This document shows positions 41,247 to 51,022 of a DNA stretch of 64,000 nucleotides, in pieces. The DNA is from an uncultured Nitrospiraceae bacterium. GTDB lineage: Bacteria; Nitrospirota; Nitrospiria; Nitrospirales; Nitrospiraceae. The stretch is from NCBI GenBank assembly GCA_963706325.1, contig CAVPLT010000001.1, positions 832,001 through 896,000 of the forward strand, given 5' to 3'. The notes below the pieces were generated by a model. It searched no databases, was not told where the DNA came from, and saw only the letters and a list, made by a program, of their open reading frames with translations. Positions within the stretch are counted from its first letter, which is position 1. Each line of letters opens with the position of its first letter. The translations under genes and the position numbers were made by a program.

Positions 41247-42065
41247 ATGACCCATACGATCAAAACGATGGACGATCTCCGTTGGTTTCTCTCGCACACC
41301 CAAGGATTTCGTGGCGGGCAGGTAACAGATGTGCACGTGGCCAAGCGCCGGATCTTCGATGAAGAGAGCGGGCGCGAGATCCTGGCAGGGAACACGGTGA
41401 CAGTGGTAGTCCGCTACCCGGCGGAGGGCATTTTACGGATCGCCAAGTTGACGATGCAGGGGGTTTCAGACCTGTCCATCTTTGAGCAGGAGGGTGCTGA
41501 TCCTTCACGCCTAGGCGTGATCCAGGTGGAGTTCAACGCAGGGAGGTTCCGTTTCTGGTTCGATCCGCATGGTGAACTCTACGTGGTTTGCGAGGAAGCC
41601 CTGCTCGAAGAGGTCTCGCTGCCCCAGAGCGATGCGGACATGGGCGGTGCGGTGGCGCAATGGACGTTTCAGGCTGATTGCGGCGAGGCCCCCACCGTAG
41701 CCTGGTTACTGGATCAGCTGGATCAGGCGGGAGCGCCCTGCATCTGGAAAGCGGCAAGATCTCGGCCGACGCAGGATCGAGTGATGTGCTGGGAAGGCGA
41801 ACTCGTGGCCGCAGTAGATGTGAACGCGGGACCTGCCGCGGCAGTCGAAGTGCAGATCTACGGACCGATCGACGGTGCGGGGTTTGGAATGCGCATGCGC
41901 CTCCATCACCTTGCCGCTCGGTCAGGCGGCCGTTTACTAAACTTGGTGACCGATCTGGTCACGCAATCCTTTGCCGGAACCTGCCTTGTGGGCCAGATGT
42001 TCCTTTCGCACGACGACTGGGCTAGCTGGAAATCGCTGGGCCGCGCGTATCAGGCGCGCTCGTGA
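41247..42065 (+). CDS. Hypothetical protein; N-terminal domain weakly Imm50-like
   Basis: 272-aa ORF. Confidence 0.6.
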   Translation: MTHTIKTMDDLRWFLSHTQGFRGGQVTDVHVAKRRIFDEESGREILAGNTVTVVVRYPAEGILRIAKLTMQGVSDLSIFEQEGADPSRLGVIQVEFNAGRFRFWFDPHGELYVVCEEALLEEVSLPQSDADMGGAVAQWTFQADCGEAPTVAWLLDQLDQAGAPCIWKAARSRPTQDRVMCWEGELVAAVDVNAGPAAAVEVQIYGPIDGAGFGMRMRLHHLAARSGGRLLNLVTDLVTQSFAGTCLVGQMFLSHDDWASWKSLGRAYQARS

Positions 42066-42084
42066 TGGTCAAGCGGCATACACA

Positions 42085-42759
42085 TTAGCTGTGGTGACTA
42101 TTTCTTCCGTTCCCGTTTCCATTCATGCTGACATGCTTACCCGCCTTATGGTTGACACACTCCACCAAATGCCAAAATTTCATCGGGTTCACTTTTTCCT
42201 TGCGGGCGACATGCAGGTCGGTACCTTCAAGCACCGTGGTCAAGGAGAGATCGGTGCGGAAGCCGATATGTTTACAGAGAGGAGAGATTACCTTTTCTAC
42301 GGCGGCGATTAACTTATTGCCGTTGCTGAAGTGGTTCAGCATGATGATGCGGCCACCGGGTTTGCATACTCGAATCATTTCATTCACGACTTTGCGATAG
42401 TCGGGCACGGCGGTCACGACATACGCCGCCATCACCGTGTCGAAGCTATCGTCGGCAAAATCCATTTTTCCTGCGTCCATCAGCATGAGACGCACATGGT
42501 CCAGGTGATAGTGAGATTGGCGTTGCCGGGCCTTCGCCAGCATGCCTGAGGAGAGGTCGATGCCGATGATGTCGCAGTTCTTCGGGTAGTACTCCAGGGC
42601 AATACCTGTGCCGACTCCGACTTCCAGAATTTTTTCTTCGGGGCGGATTCTGAGGTTACGGACTGCGGACTCGCGCGACTGGTGGAAGATTTTTCCAAAA
42701 ATATGATCATAAACGCCGGAATAATTGGTATACACTCGCTCGACTTTGGCGATATCCAT
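42085..42759 (-). CDS. Class I SAM methyltransferase, phospholipid N-methyltransferase (PmtA-like)
   Basis: YDHIFG, LEVGVGTG, GIDLS, AVPD, LNHF. Confidence 0.75.
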   Translation of the reverse strand: MDIAKVERVYTNYSGVYDHIFGKIFHQSRESAVRNLRIRPEEKILEVGVGTGIALEYYPKNCDIIGIDLSSGMLAKARQRQSHYHLDHVRLMLMDAGKMDFADDSFDTVMAAYVVTAVPDYRKVVNEMIRVCKPGGRIIMLNHFSNGNKLIAAVEKVISPLCKHIGFRTDLSLTTVLEGTDLHVARKEKVNPMKFWHLVECVNHKAGKHVSMNGNGNGRNSHHS

Positions 42760-42785
42760 CGTCCCTCCGCAAAATCACGCCTCTC

Positions 42786-42934
42786 CGTCCGGCACACTCC
42801 GCAGTGCGGAAGTGCCGACGATAAGAACTATAGCGTGGAAAAATCTATGAAGGCGGGACTGTGAACTGGAAGATTCGTCCTCACCCGCCGGATAAGAACA
42901 TCTTAATGTAGCCAAAGCACTCATGGGGAGTCAA
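42786..42934 (-). promoter_or_regulatory. Sigma70 promoter and structured 5' leader
   Basis: TTGACT-N18-TACATT (42934-42905); two hairpins, each preceded by GTTCTTATC. Confidence 0.45.
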
Positions 42935-43014
42935 CAAATTCCTCTAGGTAGGGGGCCTGGCCGCATGGTATCCGGGCTTGCTTCTCCGCAAGGCCCTATG
43001 GGAAGTTTGGCCGT

Positions 43015-43635
43015 ATGGTACTAGCCGGGGCGTTTGCCATCGTATTGTTCGTGGGGTTGATTATCGGAGATTGGGTGTACTTTAGCCGTCTTTCCTCCGA
43101 CGCCGCCCGTTATGGGTACGGGCTCGGTCGGGTGCAAGACCAGGTTGCGTCCTTGGGCGTCCAGAAGCTGATGCGGCGCTTCGATACGAACGGCTTTCTC
43201 GCTTTGCCTCATGGGGTTGCGCGGATCTTTCCGGGGGCGAATCGGCTGGTCATCCGTCCGAGTTATCGGCTGTTCTCCATGCGGTTCCGCACGGCTTGGC
43301 CGCTGAAGGGCTCTATTCAATGGTCATCTGACGTGGATGGTCTTACATTGGTCTGCACGAAGCGGATGCCTTGGTCGTCCTCCATCCTCACCCTCTTGTG
43401 GTTCAGTCTCGTAGGGGTTGGCACACTCGGATTTCTGCTGACGTATTTGTTTGAGGGAGGATTCGAGTCGTTGGGAGGGTTGCTGTTGGGAGTCGGTGTC
43501 ACTGCGGTGGGATTGATCGTAGTCGCCTTCGGCCTCTTGACTGTGACAGTAGCGTACCGAATCGAAAACACAAGGTTGATGCAGGTATACACGGAACTCC
43601 GAGCCCTGGCATTGGACGAGGCCAGCAAGGCCTAA
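43015..43635 (+). CDS. Hypothetical membrane protein
   Basis: Three hydrophobic segments. Confidence 0.7.
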   Translation: MVLAGAFAIVLFVGLIIGDWVYFSRLSSDAARYGYGLGRVQDQVASLGVQKLMRRFDTNGFLALPHGVARIFPGANRLVIRPSYRLFSMRFRTAWPLKGSIQWSSDVDGLTLVCTKRMPWSSSILTLLWFSLVGVGTLGFLLTYLFEGGFESLGGLLLGVGVTAVGLIVVAFGLLTVTVAYRIENTRLMQVYTELRALALDEASKA

Positions 43636-43988
43636 CGCGGGGAGATGTACAGATCGAGCAGATGATCGAATTCCGGCGGTAGATCGAGTGATTGTCGGGA
43701 GCGTGCCAAGCCGGCGATGATCCCGCGATGTTTCAAGCTCAGGCCGGATTCGATGAATGCCTGTCGAAAGTGCGCCCATCGTTGCGATCCGTCCGTGGAG
43801 AGCATTGCAAGCTCCTCTGGCGACAGGGCGTTGAGCGTCGTAACAAGGCTGCCCAAAGCCTTTTCGACCGAGTCATAGGGGGCGGCCAGTTTGAGTCGGC
43901 CGTAAAACACCTCGAGATGTTCCCGGAACTCGTTCCGAAGGGATTCCACTGGACCAGTCCCGCGATTGTGCCCCATATGGCTGCCCAT
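43632..43988 (-). CDS. Hypothetical protein
   Basis: AGGAG RBS before ATG43988. Confidence 0.6.
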   Translation of the reverse strand: MGSHMGHNRGTGPVESLRNEFREHLEVFYGRLKLAAPYDSVEKALGSLVTTLNALSPEELAMLSTDGSQRWAHFRQAFIESGLSLKHRGIIAGLARSRQSLDLPPEFDHLLDLYISPR

Positions 43989-44100
43989 GCCGATGCTCCT
44001 CAGCCGTGCGATGACTGGGGAGAAGCTTACGGCAGGCACGGCATGACACGCAACGCGATTTTACTCGGACGAGGATTTTTTATTTTGTTTGGAGGTCGAG

Positions 44101-44589
44101 ATGAGCCGTCGGTACCTGATGCTTCTCAGCGGAATACTTCTGGTTCTGTTCACTGGTTGTTCGTCCCATCATCACGGGAATTATAGCCGCGCACAGGGCG
44201 ACTATTGGAACAAGGCCGGCCAGGATGCGAGCGGGCTGGTCGAGAAACATGTTCATGACCCCGAAAAAGTAAAACGAGTGAATGTGGTGATGGGGGAGAT
44301 TATCACGGAGATCAAGTCGGCGCGAGAACAACATCGCCAGTACCATCGCGCCCTCTACGAATTGAATGCGAACTACGCGGCGTCGCCGGACGAGTTCACA
44401 CACATTCTGGATGAGTTGAACAATAGCCGCATGCGTTCTTCTGCCAAGATCTTGGGCCTTCGCTTCAAGTTGAAGGGGCTCTTGACGGCCCAAGAATGGG
44501 CTGGGCTCTCCGAGGAGCTGCAGAACTACGGCAGTCGCTATTACGGAAAGAAGACAGATTCGGTAGCCCCGGCAGTGTCCCAACCCTAA
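44101..44589 (+). CDS. Helical lipoprotein (Spy/CpxP-like)
   Basis: GGAGG RBS, lipobox FTGC, LTAQEW motif. Confidence 0.7.
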   Translation: MSRRYLMLLSGILLVLFTGCSSHHHGNYSRAQGDYWNKAGQDASGLVEKHVHDPEKVKRVNVVMGEIITEIKSAREQHRQYHRALYELNANYAASPDEFTHILDELNNSRMRSSAKILGLRFKLKGLLTAQEWAGLSEELQNYGSRYYGKKTDSVAPAVSQP

Positions 44590-44605
44590 GCGGCCTGTGC
44601 GGTTC

Positions 44606-45214
44606 TCATAGAAGCCGGTCAATGCCTGGCCTATGATTGAGGAACAGCAGTTGCGCGGAGTGGTCCGTCAGTTCCAGCCCACTGACGGAGACATGATCGA
44701 TGGTGGCATGGCGGATCATGGCCAAATCGAGGTGCAGATAATGGGCGAGAACCGCCCGAATGACGTCGCCGTGAGAGACGAAGACGTAAGGCCTCTCTTG
44801 TGGGGCCTCAATGACTCGTTCCACCGCCAAGACCGCACGGCGTTGCACCTCACGCAACGTTTCCCCGCCGGAGGGACGCGCCACGTCGGGTTGAGTGTAC
44901 CAATCCCGCTTCGCTGGGTCATCGGCGAAGTCTCGCCAGTACCGATTCAGCCAATCGCCGACTCCTATCTCACGTAGCTCTGATACAAGTTGCAGCGGCA
45001 TCTCGTGTCCCTGACGCAAAATCTCGGCCGTTTGCACGGCGCGTAGGACAGGGCTTGTGAAGATCCCGGTGATCGGAGTGCGGGACAAGACTTCGGCGCA
45101 GGCCTGAGCCTGGCGTTCGCCGGCTTGGTTCAACGGAATCGATTGATCCCCCATGACGCGGCCGGATCGGTTCCAGTCAGTTTCTCCATGGCGAATGAGT
45201 AGCAGAATCGGCAT
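44606..45214 (-). CDS. Histidine phosphatase family protein
   Basis: RHGETDWN, SPVLRAVQTA, VSHG. Confidence 0.9.
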   Translation of the reverse strand: MPILLLIRHGETDWNRSGRVMGDQSIPLNQAGERQAQACAEVLSRTPITGIFTSPVLRAVQTAEILRQGHEMPLQLVSELREIGVGDWLNRYWRDFADDPAKRDWYTQPDVARPSGGETLREVQRRAVLAVERVIEAPQERPYVFVSHGDVIRAVLAHYLHLDLAMIRHATIDHVSVSGLELTDHSAQLLFLNHRPGIDRLL

Positions 45215-45232
45215 CGGTGACGCTCGTCGGGC

Positions 45233-46276
45233 CTATGGAGTGGTCAGGAGGGAGGCGGTGAGCGGAATTGCTGACCAATGCTCCCCGCCGTCGGTCGAAC
45301 GATACAGCCCGCTTCCATTCGTCCCGACATAGAGGAGCTGAGGATCGGTTGCGCTGATGGCGATCGTGCGCACGTTCAAGGTGGCGAGCCCCTGATTGTG
45401 AGGCTGCCAACTTTTTCCGCTATCGATCGTCTTGAGGACGCCGGCCGGCCCGCCGATATAGAGAACGCCGGGGTTTGTCGGATGCACGACCACGCTACTG
45501 ATAAATTGAGCAGACAGTCCCTGTCCGATCTGTTCCCAATACTCCCCCCGGTTGGTCGTTCGAAAGAGTCCCTTCGTGGTGGCGGCGTACACGATACCGG
45601 AATTCAGCGGATCGACTGCCAAGACATTCACTCCCAGCGCCATGGCGGCATTCAGGACCTCATCGGGGATGAGCCCGCTATTCTTTTTTTGCCAGCTCCC
45701 GCCGCCATCCTCGCTGCGGTAAGTGCCGCCGGTCGTTCCGGCGTAGAGCACGCGCGGGTGCTTAGGGTCCATGGTGATGCAGGTGACGATGTGCACTTCC
45801 TTCATGCCCGCCATCCGTTCCTCCCACTCCCGGCCACCGTTTTTCGTGACGAACGCGCCGACCGTGGTGGCGAGGTAGATGATCTCGGTATTGTCGGGGT
45901 GGAAAATGATCTCGTTGACGAATGAGACGTGTTCTTTCAGACCGACGTTGTGCGATAGCCAATGCTGGCCGCCGTCCGGACTTTTGTAGATGGCATCCCC
46001 CATGGTGCCGGCGTAGACGGTGGCAGGGAGCTTGGGATCGATGGCCAAAGTGGTCACGCGACGGGCGGTGAAGCTGGAAAACTGCTCCCAGGTTGCGCCG
46101 CCGTCCCTGGTCTTATGCACCGCTTCGTTCGTGGCGACGTAGACGATATTGGGATTGGAGGGATGGAGCGCGATTGAGACGACGGCTGCTTCCCGCGTTC
46201 CACAGGCCAATAAGAACAGGCCGAGCAGAAAAATGAACGGTCCGACGATGGCACGAGTGGGATTGCCTGACGACAT
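45233..46276 (-). CDS. BNR/Asp-box beta-propeller lipoprotein
   Basis: Lipobox LLAC; repeated (S/T)xDGGxxW. Confidence 0.85.
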   Translation of the reverse strand: MSSGNPTRAIVGPFIFLLGLFLLACGTREAAVVSIALHPSNPNIVYVATNEAVHKTRDGGATWEQFSSFTARRVTTLAIDPKLPATVYAGTMGDAIYKSPDGGQHWLSHNVGLKEHVSFVNEIIFHPDNTEIIYLATTVGAFVTKNGGREWEERMAGMKEVHIVTCITMDPKHPRVLYAGTTGGTYRSEDGGGSWQKKNSGLIPDEVLNAAMALGVNVLAVDPLNSGIVYAATTKGLFRTTNRGEYWEQIGQGLSAQFISSVVVHPTNPGVLYIGGPAGVLKTIDSGKSWQPHNQGLATLNVRTIAISATDPQLLYVGTNGSGLYRSTDGGEHWSAIPLTASLLTTP

Positions 46277-46349
46277 CACGATGGCCGCAGACCTAACCAC
46301 AGCGGGGTGAGCGAGTCAAGGTCACGCATTCTGAAGTTACGAGGAGCGG

Positions 46350-47489
46350 TTATAACCGTGGGGTGAATCGTTCAGCGTATCCTGTCAGTTCGACATAACC
46401 TCGTCCTGTGACAGGCCTGTCCCCCGCCTGACCGGTGGCGGACACCGCTCCTTCCCAATATATGACATGGGTGCTGTGGGCCGTGTCCAATTCTTGGTCC
46501 GGGAGCAACGACACGACATCCAGGTTCAGACCGAACGTAGGAGCGGAAAGCCGCCAGCGTTGCGGGTAGCGCGCGTGAGAGCGCGGACTGGTCCAATAGG
46601 AGACCGGCTCAATGGTGAGATCCTGCGCGTTGAGAGCCCGCGTGTGTCCATCGGCGAAGACGAACGTCCCGCTCGACACCGGATCGGCCGAGCCATCAGC
46701 TCGTCGCAAGGAATACCACATCAGCTCGGTGGAGTCGCTTAAATGCAGGCTGAACCAGTCCCATCCCACCACGTCCCGGCCGAGGTCGGCGGATCCGAAC
46801 TCGTGATCCATCCAGCTCAGACCGGTGACGGTCAAGGTGTCCGTCCCGATCCGGATCTTCCCATCGGTCGCGAGATGCGTGAGCGAGTAATAGTGCGAAG
46901 CCTGCTCCGGCGCGGCGCCTTTGCGGCTGATTCCCCCCTGACCATGCAGCACGGGAGGCTTCCGCGGGAGCATCTGTAGGTCGATCGCAAAGTCGTCGGT
47001 CGCGGCTTGAAGCCTCTGCCGATTTGGGGTGTGAGGCTCCATCGAGACCGACCAGCGATTGATCCACACATGCAATTGGTCCCTCTCGGCTCCCGCTTTG
47101 CCCAGCCCGGCGCGGCTGACGGTGTCGGCATAGAGAAATCGTTCGTGCTCAAGGTCCGTGACGGCGAAGTGGGCAAGATAGAGTTGATGAATCGACCATT
47201 TCGACGGCTCCGTTTTGACCTGATCAGGCGGAATGCCGCGGCGAAAGAATGTGAGTTGAAAGCCGAATGTTCTGCCACTGGCCGCCGTGAGATGGCCGGT
47301 GTAATACCACCACTCCGTGCGAAATGGTTCGTGCGCGCCATGGTCTCGAGGGAAGTGGTACTGATAACCAGGCGTGGCGATAGAGAAGGACTGGTCGCCC
47401 TTCTCTGTGGCGATAGCGTGGCTTCCGAGCGGGAACAACATGACCGCCAACGCCCATGACGCGAAGGAGAAAGCGCGAATTTTCGTCAT
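46350..47489 (-). CDS. AttH/CrtC-like lipocalin-fold secreted protein
   Basis: FPRDHGAH, EWWYYTG, WMDHEF, GWDWF, YWEG, GYVELTGY. Confidence 0.85.
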   Translation of the reverse strand: MTKIRAFSFASWALAVMLFPLGSHAIATEKGDQSFSIATPGYQYHFPRDHGAHEPFRTEWWYYTGHLTAASGRTFGFQLTFFRRGIPPDQVKTEPSKWSIHQLYLAHFAVTDLEHERFLYADTVSRAGLGKAGAERDQLHVWINRWSVSMEPHTPNRQRLQAATDDFAIDLQMLPRKPPVLHGQGGISRKGAAPEQASHYYSLTHLATDGKIRIGTDTLTVTGLSWMDHEFGSADLGRDVVGWDWFSLHLSDSTELMWYSLRRADGSADPVSSGTFVFADGHTRALNAQDLTIEPVSYWTSPRSHARYPQRWRLSAPTFGLNLDVVSLLPDQELDTAHSTHVIYWEGAVSATGQAGDRPVTGRGYVELTGYAERFTPRL

Positions 47490-47632
47490 GGCAAACTCAT
47501 TGGTCGACGTATGTGATGGACATGGGAAAACGCCTGAGACGCTCCGGTGTTTGTCTATGCGAAGTGGAAGGAAACTCAATATTCATCATGGTTTTGAGGG
47601 TATTGACGCAGTTGCGAGTCGACATGACGGCG

Positions 47633-47662
47633 TTGACAATTTTGCAAAGCATAAGCTATCGT
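47633..47662 (+). promoter_or_regulatory. Sigma70 promoter, probable leaderless transcript
   Basis: TTGACA-N18-TATCGT, 5 nt before ATG47668. Confidence 0.55.
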
Positions 47663-47667
47663 GAGCC

Positions 47668-48357
47668 ATGTTTCTTGAACCGGAACGTGATCAGCCTCAC
47701 CGTGAGCTGTCGGGAAAAGCCCCATCGTTTCCCATTCCGAAGCGCATTCCGGTGTTTCCACTGCCGAACGTCGTGTTCTTTCCCAAGACCTATCTTCCGC
47801 TCCATATATTCGAGCCGCGTTACCGTCAGATGGTAGCGGATGCGGCGGCAGGAGGGCAATGTATCGGCATGGCTCTCCTGAAGGAAGGGTGGGAAGAGCA
47901 ATATGACGGGAACCCGCCCATCTTCTCGGTGGGCTGTGTCGGGCGTCTGGCCAGTGTCCAGGCATTACCTGATGGCCGCTCGAACATTTTGCTTCAGGGC
48001 CTTGATCGGTATGAAGTGCATGAAGAATTCCATGAAAAAAGTTATCGCGAAGCGCGCGTGAGTCTCAAGCCCCGGCTCCGGGACTTCTCGATGGATCCGC
48101 CGTTACGTCGATATTTGATGGATATCCTCGATGAATATCTCCAGGCGGACGAAGAGGCCTCGCCCCTGCATAGTCTCGCGCGTCCAGACGTCACCGACGA
48201 GGTGTTCGTCAATTCTCTTTCGACCTATCTTGATTGTACTCCGCTTGAAAAACAGTTCTTGTTGGAGGCCGAACATTTACCGCAACAGGCCAGGAGACTG
48301 AGTGATTTGATCCAATTCAAGCTGGCGGAGCGGCGCGGCGCCGGAGGGTGGGGGTAA
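47668..48357 (+). CDS. Stand-alone Lon N-terminal (substrate-binding) domain protein
   Basis: PVFPLPNVVFFP, LHIFEPRY, VGCVG, KQFLLE. Confidence 0.88.
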   Translation: MFLEPERDQPHRELSGKAPSFPIPKRIPVFPLPNVVFFPKTYLPLHIFEPRYRQMVADAAAGGQCIGMALLKEGWEEQYDGNPPIFSVGCVGRLASVQALPDGRSNILLQGLDRYEVHEEFHEKSYREARVSLKPRLRDFSMDPPLRRYLMDILDEYLQADEEASPLHSLARPDVTDEVFVNSLSTYLDCTPLEKQFLLEAEHLPQQARRLSDLIQFKLAERRGAGGWG

Positions 48358-49331
48358 TGTCGCGGGCGGTCGCTATCGAGGTGTCGCATCTCGGAAAAAC
48401 GTACGACAAGATCCAGGCCGTCGATGATCTGTCGTTTCAGGTGTATGCCGGAGAGATATTCGGTTTGCTGGGACCGAACGGCGCCGGCAAAAGTACGACC
48501 CTTCGCATTCTGATCACTCTGCTCCACCCGACCTCGGGGTCCGCCACCATTTTCGGGCTGGATTCTGTGAAAGACGCAGACCTGGTGCGGCAGACGATCG
48601 GGTATGTGCCACAAGAGCGCGCCATCGATCGTTTTCTGACTGGGCGGGAACATCTCGAACTCCTCGCTGATCTGTATCACCTCTCCGCCGAAGAAGCATC
48701 CACCCGCATTCCTCAACTGCTGAAGCTGGTCGAACTGGAGCCACAGGCCGACCGCCCGGCCAAGACCTATTCCGGGGGCATGAAGCGGAAGTTGGATATC
48801 GCCTGTGGGTTACTGCCGGATCCCAAGATTCTCTTTCTGGATGAACCGACACTCGGCCTGGATGTGCAAAGCCGATTCCGTATTTGGGACCATGTGCGGG
48901 CCATGCGGGATCGAGGCATCACCGTGGTCATGACGACCAACTATCTGGACGAGGCCGATCAGCTCTGTGATCGCATTGCGATTATCGACGGTGGCCGGAT
49001 TAAGGCTTTGGGGTCGCCGACGGAATTGAAAGTTGGATTGGGTGGCAATTTGGTGTCGCTGACGGTGCGCGAACACGATCGCATCGACGCATTGGCGGCG
49101 GCAGTGAAAAATTTACCGGCTATCCGCGCAGTGATGATCAAGCCGAACGGGTTGGATATTCGAGTCGATTCTCCCGAGAAGGCCTTGCCGGCCATCCTCG
49201 ACGCAGCCAGCCGCCTGACCTGCCAGCTCGAATTCATCGACTATCACCGGCCTCGGTTGGATGACGTGTTTATTGCCCATACCGGTCGGTCGATCAAGGA
49301 TGATCAGCCGAAAGAAGACGATCAATCATAA
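48357..49331 (+). CDS. ABC-2 exporter ATPase (DrrA-like)
   Basis: GPNGAGKST, YSGGMKRKL, LDEPTLGLD. Confidence 0.9.
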   Translation: MSRAVAIEVSHLGKTYDKIQAVDDLSFQVYAGEIFGLLGPNGAGKSTTLRILITLLHPTSGSATIFGLDSVKDADLVRQTIGYVPQERAIDRFLTGREHLELLADLYHLSAEEASTRIPQLLKLVELEPQADRPAKTYSGGMKRKLDIACGLLPDPKILFLDEPTLGLDVQSRFRIWDHVRAMRDRGITVVMTTNYLDEADQLCDRIAIIDGGRIKALGSPTELKVGLGGNLVSLTVREHDRIDALAAAVKNLPAIRAVMIKPNGLDIRVDSPEKALPAILDAASRLTCQLEFIDYHRPRLDDVFIAHTGRSIKDDQPKEDDQS

Positions 49332-49354
49332 CCGCCGGAAGCCGACGGAATGTC

Positions 49355-50134
49355 ATGAAAGAATATTGGCAGGAAATTCGAGCGTTGACGATGCGATGGG
49401 TGCGGCGGTTGAGCCGTGAAAAGTTCAGCATGCTCTTTACCCTGGTGCAGCCAATGTTGTTTTGGCTGATCTTTTTCGGCAACTTGTTTCAACGCGCCGC
49501 CGACATGCAGGTGACCCAAGCGTCGAGCTATATCAGTTTCCTCACCGCCGGCGTGGTGGTGATGACCGTACTCAATAACGGGTTGGCGGGAGGTGTCGAC
49601 CTGCTCTTCGATAAGGAGAACGGGTTCCTCGAGCGGCTGATGTCCACGCCCATTCACCGAAGCTCCGTCATTCTGAGCCGGTTTATTTTTGTGATGACCA
49701 TCACGTCGATGCAGGTGTTAGCCATCCTGGGTGTGGCTTGGTTGTTCGGTGTGCAGCCCGTGACCGGATTGCTGGGAGTGGCGGCGATTCTATTCATCGG
49801 TATGATGTTCGGTGTCGGGCTGACGGCGATTTCCATGGCGATGGCCTTTTCCGTGAAAAGCCACGGCGACTTCTTTTCCGTCCTCGGGTTCCTGTCCTTG
49901 CCGATGATTTTCTTGAGTTCCGCCCTCGTGCCACTAGCCGCCATGCCGGGCTGGATGGGATTCTTGGCGCAGTTTAATCCCATGACCTGGGCCATCGATG
50001 CGGTGCGTCCATTGATTCTCCAGGGATGGGCGGAAGCGTTGCCCCACGTCGGAATGGTGATCGTGGTGATGGTCGTATTTGATGCATTGTGCCTCTATGG
50101 GGGAGCGCGCGCATTCCGTCGGGCAATCGGGTGA
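49355..50134 (+). CDS. ABC-2 exporter permease
   Basis: About six TM segments, NPMTWAIDA. Confidence 0.88.
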   Translation: MKEYWQEIRALTMRWVRRLSREKFSMLFTLVQPMLFWLIFFGNLFQRAADMQVTQASSYISFLTAGVVVMTVLNNGLAGGVDLLFDKENGFLERLMSTPIHRSSVILSRFIFVMTITSMQVLAILGVAWLFGVQPVTGLLGVAAILFIGMMFGVGLTAISMAMAFSVKSHGDFFSVLGFLSLPMIFLSSALVPLAAMPGWMGFLAQFNPMTWAIDAVRPLILQGWAEALPHVGMVIVVMVVFDALCLYGGARAFRRAIG

Positions 50135-50160
50135 TTCTACTTTCGCATCAAGGACCGTAC

Positions 50161-51021
50161 ATGTTCGTGAATGAAAGCCAAATCCGCGCATTGATCCGGC
50201 TCCTCGGCGATGAGGATGAACGAATCGTCAGAACCATCAGCGGAAAACTCATCGATTTCGGCGACTCGGCCGTACCGTTGCTGCAAGAGGCTGAGATCGA
50301 ACGGCCGGACATGGCCGACCGCATCGTCACCGTATTGGAAGAAATTCGCGGGACGAAGCTGGAGGAAGAGCTTCGCGACCTCATCGCGTCACCAGAAGAC
50401 CAAGTCGATCTTGAAGCGGGAGCCTTTCTCCTGGCGCGCTATGCCTATCCCCTGCTCGATGTGCAGGCCTACCGGCATCAGTTAGATCGCATGGCGCAGG
50501 ATGTGCGCGAGCAGATTGGGTCTCGGGTCTCGGGCGAAGAAACCGTGAAGGCGCTCAACCGCTACCTGTTCACGGAAGCCGGTTTTAAAGGGAACACCAA
50601 GAACTACTATGAGATCGAAAACAGCTATCTCAATTGTGTGATCGACCGCCGGACAGGCATCCCTATCAGTCTGTCGACTGTGTACCTCCTCATCGGGCGG
50701 CGGTTGCAGCTGCCGGTTCAGGGGATCGGCATGCCGGGCCATTTCCTCGTCAAGTTCGACTCGGAGAAGTACAAGATTTTTATCGATTGTTTCAACGGGG
50801 GTGCGCTGCTCACGGAAAAAAACTGCGCGCGTTTTCTTACGGAAGCCGGTTATGGGTTCGAGGACCGATTTCTGCAGAAGAGCCCCACGCGCGCAATTTT
50901 GGCCCGGATGATCAAAAATTTGTTGGCCATCTACAGCAAGCTGGATGAGCCGTTGAAAAAAACACGCCTGCCACGGTTCCTTGAGATTTTAGGCTGCGAG
51001 CAGCGAGAAGAGGGACTCTAG
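50161..51021 (+). CDS. SirB1/transglutaminase-like domain protein
   Basis: GFKGN..YY..NSYL, GIPISLS, PGHFLV, IDCFNGG. Confidence 0.85.
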   Translation: MFVNESQIRALIRLLGDEDERIVRTISGKLIDFGDSAVPLLQEAEIERPDMADRIVTVLEEIRGTKLEEELRDLIASPEDQVDLEAGAFLLARYAYPLLDVQAYRHQLDRMAQDVREQIGSRVSGEETVKALNRYLFTEAGFKGNTKNYYEIENSYLNCVIDRRTGIPISLSTVYLLIGRRLQLPVQGIGMPGHFLVKFDSEKYKIFIDCFNGGALLTEKNCARFLTEAGYGFEDRFLQKSPTRAILARMIKNLLAIYSKLDEPLKKTRLPRFLEILGCEQREEGL

Positions 51022-51022
51022 C

